A model generated the notes under the pieces. That model saw only the letters and a list, made by a program, of their open reading frames with translations, searched no databases and was not told where the DNA came from. Position numbers and translations under genes: made by a program. From NCBI GenBank assembly GCA_035623825.1, contig DASPSR010000039.1:1-19372 (forward strand): 19,372 nt of DNA, in the 5' to 3' direction. The DNA comes from Nitrospirota bacterium (GTDB taxonomy: Bacteria; Nitrospirota; UBA9217). Positions 8,465-15,868 of this stretch are shown in pieces. Every line of letters starts with the position of its first letter. The stretch's first letter is position 1.

Positions 8465-9082
8465 GTGCTGAAAAGCACCTATCACTTGTTACTGACGGCA
8501 ATCGTGCTTGTTTTCGCGCTCTCAGCGTGCGCGCACACGAAGATAATCAGCACCTGGAGGGACTCTGGTTATCAGGGACACCCCAAAAAGATTCTTGTTT
8601 ATGTCATGGCAAGGAGCCCTGATGTTAAGGCAATTGTAGAGAACCAGCTGGTCGCGAAGTTCGAGGAGCATGGTTTGATCGCCATTGCCAGTCATAGATT
8701 TTTAGCCGACAGTCTTGTCATTGACAAGGATGCCATGCGGAAGCTGGTAACAGAGAACGGTGTCGATACTATATTCATTGCCGCTCCCAAAAACCAGAAT
8801 GATCTCCAGACTCTGAGACCGGGACAGATGACGTATGAAGCTGCTGTCTATGTCAATACGGACGACGACTTTTTCGCGGCTGTTTCGGGCGTTACCTATC
8901 AACCCGGCACCTATGCCGAAGAGGAGGACACTGCGGAGATGGTCATCTATGATGTCAGCGCAAGAAAACGCGTCTGGTCGGCACTGTCCAAAACGTATGT
9001 CTGGAATACCAAGGTGGAGGAGATAAAACCTGCTGTCGATCGCGTAGTGGAATTACTTGTCGCCGATAAGATCATCCCGTAA
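8465..9082 (+). CDS. Hypothetical lipoprotein (DUF4136-like)
   Basis: SD AGGAGG, GTG start, lipobox LSAC, alpha/beta domain ending IYDVSARKRVWSALSKT. Confidence 0.8.
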   Translation: MLKSTYHLLLTAIVLVFALSACAHTKIISTWRDSGYQGHPKKILVYVMARSPDVKAIVENQLVAKFEEHGLIAIASHRFLADSLVIDKDAMRKLVTENGVDTIFIAAPKNQNDLQTLRPGQMTYEAAVYVNTDDDFFAAVSGVTYQPGTYAEEEDTAEMVIYDVSARKRVWSALSKTYVWNTKVEEIKPAVDRVVELLVADKIIP

Positions 9083-9257
9083 CTTTCGACATCATGTTGC
9101 TTGTTAGCCTGCTCCTGCCCGAGCATCTGTCCTATTACGGGACGTTCATTAGACAGGAGGAAACGGGTCATGAAAGAAAAGAGGAAACGCAGCGAAACCG
9201 CTTGAAAGACTGGCAAAATAAACCGGTCAGCAGGCTCCTGTTCCAAGAAAGGTATCT

Positions 9258-10631
9258 ATGGCCTCGTTTGATAAATGGTCACGCGCAAGTCTCATCCGTG
9301 GCTATTACCGAAGGCACCGGCTGCAGCTCATACTCGTCATCGTCGTCCTCATCGTCGCCGTCCTGTTTACGATTGTCGTGCTTTTGCGACCGTTGCCGCC
9401 ACGCACCGTAGTCATGGCGACCGACCTTGAGGGCAGTGCCTATTATGAGTTCGGGAAACAATATCGAGAGATCCTTGCGCGTGCGGGAGTCGAGCTAAAG
9501 CTGCTATCGACCGCCGGGACGATGGAGAACCTGGCGCTGCTTAAGGACCCGCGGTCGCATGTTGATGTCGGTTTTTTGCAGGGCGGCACGACGAGCGCAA
9601 AAGAGTCGCCTGGTCTCGAGTCCCTTGGCACCGTCGTCTATGAGCCCCTCTGGTTCTTCTATCGTTCCATCTACCGGGGGAAGGGCTTAGCGAGCCTGCG
9701 GGGCAAGAAGATCTCTATCGGACCCGAGGGTAGCGGTACCCGGGCACTGTCCATCAAGCTGCTCGCCTTGAACGGAATCGACCAGAACTTCGCCCATTTC
9801 CTGCCGCTTGCGCCGCGGGAGGCTGGGGAAAGATTGATCCATGGCGAGATTGACGCGGCACTCATGCTGACTTCCTGGGATGCCCCCGTCGTGCAGCAGC
9901 TTCTGCGCGCTGAAGACATCGAAATTGTAAGCTATCCCCGAGCCGATGCCTATATCGCTCTCTTTCCTTATCTGAACAAGGTCGAGCTGCCCGAAGGGGT
10001 CATTAGCCTTGCCAAAAACCGTCCCCCCACAAATGTGTTACTATTCGCACCGAAGGCAAGCCTTGTGGTGCGTAAGGATCTCCATCCGGCGCTCCAGTAC
10101 CTGCTGCTCGATGCCGCGGAACAGGTCCACGGAGGACCGGGGATATTCCAGAAAGCGGGCCAGTTCCCGGCATCAGAGTCGATCGATCTTCCTTTGAGCG
10201 ACGAAGCGCGTCAGTTTTACAAGTCGGGGAAACCGTTCTTACAGCGCCATTTGCCTTTCTGGCTCGCAGTGTTGATCGACCGGCTGCTTGTACTGATCAT
10301 TCCGGTGGCCGGCGTGGTTTATCCTCTGGTGCAGATACTACCTACGCTGTACGCCAATGCTATGAGGCAGAAGATCTACCGGCTCTACGGTGAGCTGAGA
10401 TTCCTCGAGACAGATCTGGAATCCCGCAGAGCGGGTCAGAGCATCAGCGACCTTATCGAGCGGCTCGACAGGATCGAGGATAAGGCAAACCGACTTCATA
10501 TGCCAGCGACCTATGCGAGCATGGAGTACACGTTACGGGACCACATCGTCCAGGTGCGAAGACACCTCAAAGGACCGCAGGGATCCCCCCTGGCCGTCGA
10601 GAACAATGATACAAGGGGAACGAAATCATGA
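9258..10631 (+). CDS. TAXI-family TRAP solute-binding protein with N-terminal anchor and C-terminal TM plus helical tail
   Basis: Motifs TAGTMENLALL, VGFLQGG, YEPLWFF, LRGKKISIGPEGSGT, GEIDAA, LVVRKDLHPALQ. C-terminal FLQRHLPFWLAVLIDRLLVLIIP TM segment. Confidence 0.88.
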   Translation: MASFDKWSRASLIRGYYRRHRLQLILVIVVLIVAVLFTIVVLLRPLPPRTVVMATDLEGSAYYEFGKQYREILARAGVELKLLSTAGTMENLALLKDPRSHVDVGFLQGGTTSAKESPGLESLGTVVYEPLWFFYRSIYRGKGLASLRGKKISIGPEGSGTRALSIKLLALNGIDQNFAHFLPLAPREAGERLIHGEIDAALMLTSWDAPVVQQLLRAEDIEIVSYPRADAYIALFPYLNKVELPEGVISLAKNRPPTNVLLFAPKASLVVRKDLHPALQYLLLDAAEQVHGGPGIFQKAGQFPASESIDLPLSDEARQFYKSGKPFLQRHLPFWLAVLIDRLLVLIIPVAGVVYPLVQILPTLYANAMRQKIYRLYGELRFLETDLESRRAGQSISDLIERLDRIEDKANRLHMPATYASMEYTLRDHIVQVRRHLKGPQGSPLAVENNDTRGTKS

Positions 10632-10790
10632 CACGCGCAAAGACGATATTGTTTACTGCCAGGGCCGTTACTAAGCTCTAAAGCAGATTCATAAAGAAAT
10701 GACTGCGGACGCCAAAGGCCGCCATGGCAAACATGCAATCAAGCAGACCTGAAACAGTCCGTGGGATTATTCCTGTGCGGGAGTATGCGA

Positions 10791-11465
10791 ATGATCGATC
10801 GAAAGTATAATATTTTACAATATCTATGGGATGCCAAGCGCGGCCCCTACGGTCTACTGGTGGTGACTGTCCTTACCGTATTCGTGATATCGCCGCTTGT
10901 CGCGACCGGTATGCTCGATCCGTTGATCGTGGATGCATTTGTTGTGGTCTTCATGTTCGCAGGGGTCCTTACGGTGCACCCGCACTATGCCGTGCGGTAT
11001 CTTGTGCTGATTCTGGCAGCCCTTGCTGTGCTGCTACGGATCGCATCGAAGATCATTCCGGGTGCCTCGGTCACGATCAGTCAGGCGATGATGGAAGCAG
11101 CAGCAATCGGTCTTTTTGCGGCGCTCGTGATGAAACAATTCTTGGTGTCGGAGCGGCCGCCTTCGCATCGCATATGCGCGGCCATTATGGTCTATCTCTT
11201 CCTGGGAATAATGTGGGCTCGGCTCTACGAGATAGCCGGGGTGGTTATCCCCGGGGCATTCCATATGGATGGCGGCAGCGCCACGATCACGAGTTATCTC
11301 TATTTCAGCTTTATCACGCTCACAACGATCGGGTATGGCGATATCTTACCGGTCCACCCCATAGCACGAAACCTTGCGGTCGTGGAAGCGATTACCGGTC
11401 AGATGTACATTGCGATCCTGATCGCGAGGCTGGTCTCCACCACCTCGAACGGCCAGAAGGGTTAA
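10791..11465 (+). CDS. Potassium channel family protein (Ion_trans_2 pore)
   Basis: YFSFITLTTIGYGDILP contains the TxGYG selectivity filter, followed by EAITGQMYIAILIARLV; multiple N-terminal TM helices. ATG 10791 chosen for SD GGGAG; 10761 and 10785 are also possible. Confidence 0.9.
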   Translation: MIDRKYNILQYLWDAKRGPYGLLVVTVLTVFVISPLVATGMLDPLIVDAFVVVFMFAGVLTVHPHYAVRYLVLILAALAVLLRIASKIIPGASVTISQAMMEAAAIGLFAALVMKQFLVSERPPSHRICAAIMVYLFLGIMWARLYEIAGVVIPGAFHMDGGSATITSYLYFSFITLTTIGYGDILPVHPIARNLAVVEAITGQMYIAILIARLVSTTSNGQKG

Positions 11466-11720
11466 GAATGTCTGACACCAATGGCTCAGCGGGACTGTGA
11501 CATGAAAGTTCCGACATATATGTTCGTGGTCGAGCAATGCCAACATGAATACTTCCAAAAATTAATACTATATCAGTACAAAAATCAATTCTTGATATCG
11601 CCGTGGTGGCCACGAAATATCGTGGCGGCTGTACCCTTCCGACTTTCATTTCATGCGAATCTCCATTCGATAGTTAATTGAATTTCAAAGATTTACCATG
11701 ATTTTATTTTTCGAACATAT

Positions 11721-11741
11721 AGGCACGATGTTTGATATAAT
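11721..11741 (+). promoter_or_regulatory. Putative promoter upstream of carbonic anhydrase (extended -10 overlapping a sigma54-like -24/-12 element)
   Basis: TGaTATAAT at 11733-11741 is a perfect extended -10. AGGCACGatgtTTGAT at 11721-11736 matches TGGCACG-N4-TTGC except at the first base and with GA in place of GC. AT-rich context. Confidence 0.45.
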
Positions 11742-11860
11742 TTGAAATGCCGTCCATTTATTACCCCGTGAATAAAAAAATCTTGTCATGGAGAACGAAA
11801 GATATCATTAGTTCAGGGACTAAGGTTGTCTATCAAAAAAACGGAGAGGGAGGTTGTCTA

Positions 11861-12631
11861 ATGAGGAAGATTATGCACGGTTTTGGTTCGTTGTTGTTCA
11901 TCGCATTCGTGGTTATGGCTTCCATGAGCACTGCTGCAGAGAAAGGCGCATCCGGACACGAATGGTCCTACGAAGGTAATCACGGGCCCGGGCACTGGGG
12001 AGATGTGAAATCGGACTACGCCATGTGCAAGACCGGTAAGAACCAGTCACCGATCGACATAACGAGCGCGGTGAAAGCCGATCTTCCGCCGATTCAGTTT
12101 TCATACCTGCCTTCGCAACTCAGGATCATTAACAACGGACACTCGATCCAGGTGAACTATGCCGAAGGGAGTTTTATAACCGTCGGCGGAAAGCAGTTTC
12201 AGCTCGTTCAGTTCCATTTCCATCATCCAAGCGAAGAGATGATCAAGGGGAAGAAATTCGACATGGTGGCCCACCTGGTGCACAAGAGTGCGGATGGAAA
12301 CCTTGCTGTGGTAGCTGTGCTCATCAAGAAGGGCCAGGCCAATGCCTTTATTGAGAATCTGTGGACACACTTGCCCAAGGAAGAAGGGATGGAGGAAGTT
12401 CCTGCAAATGTCACCATTGACGCATCGGGTCTCCTGCCCGCGCAGCGTGGGTACTATACGTACCCCGGCTCGCTTACCACGCCGCCTTGCACGGAAGGGG
12501 TCACCTGGTATGTGCTGAAAGAACCCATAGAGTTGTCGAGCGCTCAGATAAATAGGTTCGCTCATTATTATAAGCACAATGCACGGCCGGTCCAGCCATT
12601 AGATAACCGGGTCGTGTCAGAAAGTCGCTGA
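11861..12631 (+). CDS. cah: Periplasmic alpha-carbonic anhydrase
   Basis: Signal peptide, WSYEG..GP.HWG, GKNQSPIDI, NNGHSIQ, QFHFH and AHLVH (three Zn-ligand His), GSLTTPPCTEGVTW, NARPVQPL. ATG 11861 follows SD GGAGG. Confidence 0.95.
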   Translation: MRKIMHGFGSLLFIAFVVMASMSTAAEKGASGHEWSYEGNHGPGHWGDVKSDYAMCKTGKNQSPIDITSAVKADLPPIQFSYLPSQLRIINNGHSIQVNYAEGSFITVGGKQFQLVQFHFHHPSEEMIKGKKFDMVAHLVHKSADGNLAVVAVLIKKGQANAFIENLWTHLPKEEGMEEVPANVTIDASGLLPAQRGYYTYPGSLTTPPCTEGVTWYVLKEPIELSSAQINRFAHYYKHNARPVQPLDNRVVSESR

Positions 12632-12816
12632 AAGCAAACATGTCAGGCCTCGAGCCCGCTCGTCAACGGTGAAACGGGCTGCATAGAGAACATGTACAGA
12701 TCATTTCCATTCCCGTTCTATGCTGAAAGATTGCAGGCATAAGTGGTATAAACATGATTTGCTGATAACAGAATTCCCCCACAGAGGGAACAACCAAATA
12801 CAAGGAGGATACTGCT

Positions 12817-13230
12817 ATGAGGAAGAGGATGCTGTTCGTTCTAGTGCTTGGAATTGTGCTGGTATTTGGAACACAGGCTTTGGCTGCGGAGACACTGGTG
12901 GATAAAGTTATGACCGGTTGCAAGAAAGAGCTTGATACCTATTGCAAAGACGTGGTGCCGGGCGAGGGACGGTTGTTGGCATGTCTGTACGCATATGAAG
13001 ACAAGTTGTCCGGTCAGTGCGAGTATGCATTGTATGATGCCGCCGCTCAGCTTGAACGGGCTCTGACGGCCTTGAGCTATGTGGCGAACGAGTGCCGCGA
13101 CGACCTCCAGAAATTCTGCTCCGACATCCAGCCCGGCGGCGGACGCTTGTTGGCCTGCATGGACAAGAATGAGAAGCAGTTAAGCGGCCGGTGCAAGCAG
13201 GCGATGAAGGACGTGGGGCTGAAGAAATAG
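12817..13230 (+). CDS. Secreted cysteine-rich repeat protein (second copy of the family)
   Basis: SD AAGGAGG, signal peptide ending ALA, two repeats: CKKELDTYCKDVVPGEGRLLACLYAYEDKLSGQC and CRDDLQKFCSDIQPGGGRLLACMDKNEKQLSGRC. Confidence 0.88.
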   Translation: MRKRMLFVLVLGIVLVFGTQALAAETLVDKVMTGCKKELDTYCKDVVPGEGRLLACLYAYEDKLSGQCEYALYDAAAQLERALTALSYVANECRDDLQKFCSDIQPGGGRLLACMDKNEKQLSGRCKQAMKDVGLKK

Positions 13231-13331
13231 GGAGGCACGTCATCTAAAAGGACAATGTCCGATGTTTTTTAGGGATCAGCAGTATAGAGCAAACTTTTTA
13301 AATGATAGTACGACAACTAAGGAGGGAACAC

Positions 13332-14123
13332 ATGGCCAGACATCTACGCATTTGCTTTTTTATTCTCGCAGCATCGCTGATCGTAAGCGGTTGCGTCAGC
13401 ACCGGCAAGTTCAAAAAGATGGAAGCGGACAAAAATCAAGAGATTTCGGCCCTGCAGAAAGACAAGGCATCACTGGAACAGCAAAAGAGCACGTTGGAAA
13501 AACAGGTAGGCGATCTAGATCAGCAGAAGAGTACACTGGAAAAACAGAAGAGCGATCTGGAGCAGCAGAAAGCGGCAACGCAACAGCAGGTCGCATCGCT
13601 GGAACAGGAGAAGGCCTCATTGATGGCGTCCGGTCAGCAGCAGCAGAAACAGTATGATGAGCTGGTGCAGAACCTTTCCCAGGAAGTCGAGAAGGGCCAG
13701 CTTCAAGTGACGCAGTATAAGAACATGCTGGCGGTCAACCTGGCTGAGCAGATTTTCTTCGACTCCGGCAAGGCGACCCTGAAAAAGGGTGGGAAGGAAG
13801 TGTTGAAAAAGGTTGGCGATGTCCTGAAAGGGTACCAGAGCAAGGCCATCATGGTCGTGGGTCACACAGACAACGTTCCTGTGGCAAAGGCGCTGCAGGC
13901 TCAATACCCATCGAACTGGGAGCTTTCGGTCGCTCGGGCAACCAACGTCGTGCGTTACCTGCAGGAGGTTGGCGTGCCACCCGAGCGCATGATTTCGTCA
14001 GGACGGGCCGAATACGATCCCTTGGCCCCGAACGACACGCCGGAGGGACGCCAGAAAAACCGCCGGATAGGGATCATGCTGATAGACAAGAGCATGGTGA
14101 GCGAGATTACCGGGACAAACTGA
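13332..14123 (+). CDS. OmpA/MotB-family peptidoglycan-binding lipoprotein with coiled-coil stalk
   Basis: ATG 13332 after SD AAGGAGG, lipobox IVSGC, heptad-repeat stalk, OmpA_C motifs FFDSGKA, VVGHTDN, SNWELSVARATNVVRYL, GRQKNRRI. Confidence 0.92.
   Translation: MARHLRICFFILAASLIVSGCVSTGKFKKMEADKNQEISALQKDKASLEQQKSTLEKQVGDLDQQKSTLEKQKSDLEQQKAATQQQVASLEQEKASLMASGQQQQKQYDELVQNLSQEVEKGQLQVTQYKNMLAVNLAEQIFFDSGKATLKKGGKEVLKKVGDVLKGYQSKAIMVVGHTDNVPVAKALQAQYPSNWELSVARATNVVRYLQEVGVPPERMISSGRAEYDPLAPNDTPEGRQKNRRIGIMLIDKSMVSEITGTN
13450..13617 (+). repeat. Degenerate 21-bp (7-aa) tandem repeat, about 8 units
   Basis: ALQKDKA SLEQQKS TLEKQVG DLDQQKS TLEKQKS DLEQQKA ATQQQVA SLEQEKA. DNA units such as cactggaacagcaaaagagca and cactggaaaaacagaagagcg. 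Confidence 0.8.
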
Positions 14124-14145
14124 TGGTCGCGCAATCATGATGGTC

Positions 14146-14167
14146 TCCGGGGCATGACTGCCCCGGA
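14146..14167. terminator. GC-rich hairpin after the OmpA/MotB gene
   Basis: TCCGGGGCA-tgac-TGCCCCGGA, a 9-bp perfect stem that extends imperfectly to ATCATG (14134)/CATGAT (14182). No U-tract. Confidence 0.45.
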
Positions 14168-14426
14168 AGGCCGCACCATGATCATCCATGATAAGCAGGG
14201 GGCCGTAGCGAGAAGATACTTCTCGAAACGCCAGGACTTCAGTGGCTTGGACAAAGTTTGAGACTATTTTGACCCGTGATGAAACGGTCCCGCGTCTGCC
14301 AGCGGGGCGAGAACGTTAGGGATCTCTGCAGATGCCAAAACGGTAAAGACGGTATCGTTCGCAGGCATCGCCGGAAAGAGCGCAGACTAAGGTCCCGCGT
14401 GATACGATGTGGAGAAAGGATCATGC

Positions 14427-15761
14427 ATGAAGACCTATCCGCTTCGAACGTTCATCCACCGGGTGCTCCTTGTCCGGCTCGGAATAGCTTCCGCGGCGAT
14501 CGCCATTGTTGTGGGATTGTTCACATATGGCATTCAGCACGCCCAGCTCAAGCGTGATGTCGCCGACCTCGGACGGAGGGGAGTGTTCACCCTCCATGAA
14601 AAAGTACGGTTCGAAATGGAACGACAGCACACTGATGTCGTTACTGCACTTAGCGATGTTTTCGGGCGTGGCGATCCTCCGGTGGTCTACCGGGCCGGAC
14701 GGTTCGTGCATGTCCAGGTCTATGACCGCGCTTCTTTGGTGCTGGCCGAGCAGGCCGCCGCTGACCAGCCGGACATAGAGGGGGTAAAAGCTTTCGTTGC
14801 TGGACGTCCATTCTCCTTCCCTGATACGGGAGAGGATCATATCTTAACGACACGTATCAATGGTGCTCCCTTTGTCTTCATCACTGCTCCCATTGCAGAC
14901 CGGACCGGGAAGACGGTTGCCTTCGCCCGCGGCATGTTCGAGATCTCAGAAGAAGAGACCGCATTGATGCAACGGGCCTTGGTCCGGAATACGCTTTTTG
15001 TCATCGCAATAGTCATGATCGTGTCGGCGCTCCTCTATCCCGTCGTCCTCCAGCTTACGCGCCGTCTAGCCGACTACTCCACAAACCTGCTCGATGCCAA
15101 CCTTGAAACGCTGTCGGTTCTCGGCAGCGCCATTGCCAAACGGGACAGCGACACGGACGCCCACAATTACCGGGTGACCCTCTACTCTGTACGGATAGGG
15201 GAGGCCCTCGGCCTCTCTCCGAATGAGATGCGTACCCTGATCAAGGGCTCATTTCTGCACGACGTAGGAAAGCTTGGGATCCCCGATAACGTCCTGCTCA
15301 AGCCTGCAAAGCTGGATGCGCAGGAGTTCTCTGTTATGAAGACTCATGTGGAGAAAGGCGCAGACATCGTAAAGCGCTCGTCGTGGCTCCGGGACGGGAC
15401 GGAGGTCGTCGGATATCATCATGAGAAGTTCTCCGGCGGTGGCTATCCCCGCGGCCTTAGGGGTGAGGAAATCCCGATCACTGCCCGCATCTTTGCGGTA
15501 TCGGACGTGTTCGATGCTTTGACGTCGCAACGCCCCTACAAGAAACCGCTCACGTTCGTGGAGACCATGGATATCCTGGAGCAGGATCGCGGCAGGCACT
15601 TCGACCCGGAGGTCCTCGATACCTTCGGGACGGTCGCCAGGAAGCTTTACGATAGCTACGTCGGCCGTGTGAGCGACGACCTTCGGGAAGAACTGACGTC
15701 AGTTGTTATGACCTATTTTTCCGCAGGCATGGAGACATTGCGCTATGGAGATGATTCGTAG
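14427..15761 (+). CDS. Membrane-anchored HD-GYP cyclic-dinucleotide phosphodiesterase with extracytoplasmic sensor domain
   Basis: Two TM segments flank a region of about 150 aa. Motifs RDSDTDAHNYRV, LHDVGKLGIPDNVLLKP, HHEKFSGGGYP, ARIFAVSDVFDALTSQRPYK, HFDP. ATG 14427 follows SD AAAGGA. Confidence 0.93.
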   Translation: MKTYPLRTFIHRVLLVRLGIASAAIAIVVGLFTYGIQHAQLKRDVADLGRRGVFTLHEKVRFEMERQHTDVVTALSDVFGRGDPPVVYRAGRFVHVQVYDRASLVLAEQAAADQPDIEGVKAFVAGRPFSFPDTGEDHILTTRINGAPFVFITAPIADRTGKTVAFARGMFEISEEETALMQRALVRNTLFVIAIVMIVSALLYPVVLQLTRRLADYSTNLLDANLETLSVLGSAIAKRDSDTDAHNYRVTLYSVRIGEALGLSPNEMRTLIKGSFLHDVGKLGIPDNVLLKPAKLDAQEFSVMKTHVEKGADIVKRSSWLRDGTEVVGYHHEKFSGGGYPRGLRGEEIPITARIFAVSDVFDALTSQRPYKKPLTFVETMDILEQDRGRHFDPEVLDTFGTVARKLYDSYVGRVSDDLREELTSVVMTYFSAGMETLRYGDDS

Positions 15762-15789
15762 CGAAGTTAAAGTAATACTTGAATCTAGA

Positions 15790-15809
15790 CGGATGAACTG
15801 ATTCATCCG
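15790..15809. terminator. Hairpin after the HD-GYP gene
   Basis: CGGATGAA-ctga-TTCATCCG, an 8-bp stem. Weak U-tract. Confidence 0.35.
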
Positions 15810-15868
15810 ACTCGTTACTGCCTTTACAGTTATTCGTTCCAAGCTCAGGGGAATAAGGAGAACGTACA

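Noticed and set aside
10632-10790. Cyclic-dinucleotide riboswitch upstream of the K+ channel
   Set aside because: Only a weak stem and a GACGCCAAAG segment loosely like GEMM; the GNRA/receptor architecture and ydaO consensus are absent.
10826-11500. 224-aa alternative-frame ORF over the K+ channel
   Set aside because: Arg/Cys/Gly-rich composition typical of an off-frame read of a hydrophobic gene; the TIGYG frame is clearly the real one.
11481-11681. 66-aa ORF in the AT-rich spacer
   Set aside because: No SD and no motif; it overlaps the likely regulatory dyads.
12209-12283. Carbonic anhydrase variant PSEE...MVAHLVH instead of SEH...E.HLVH, as a possibly inactive enzyme
   Set aside because: All three Zn-binding His residues and the TTPPC motif are intact, and I recall this paired substitution in many bacterial alpha-CAs.
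7231-14208. Identical 12-mer AGGGGGCCGTAG at 7231 and 14197
   Set aside because: Several 12-mer matches are expected by chance in 19 kb, and the match does not extend.
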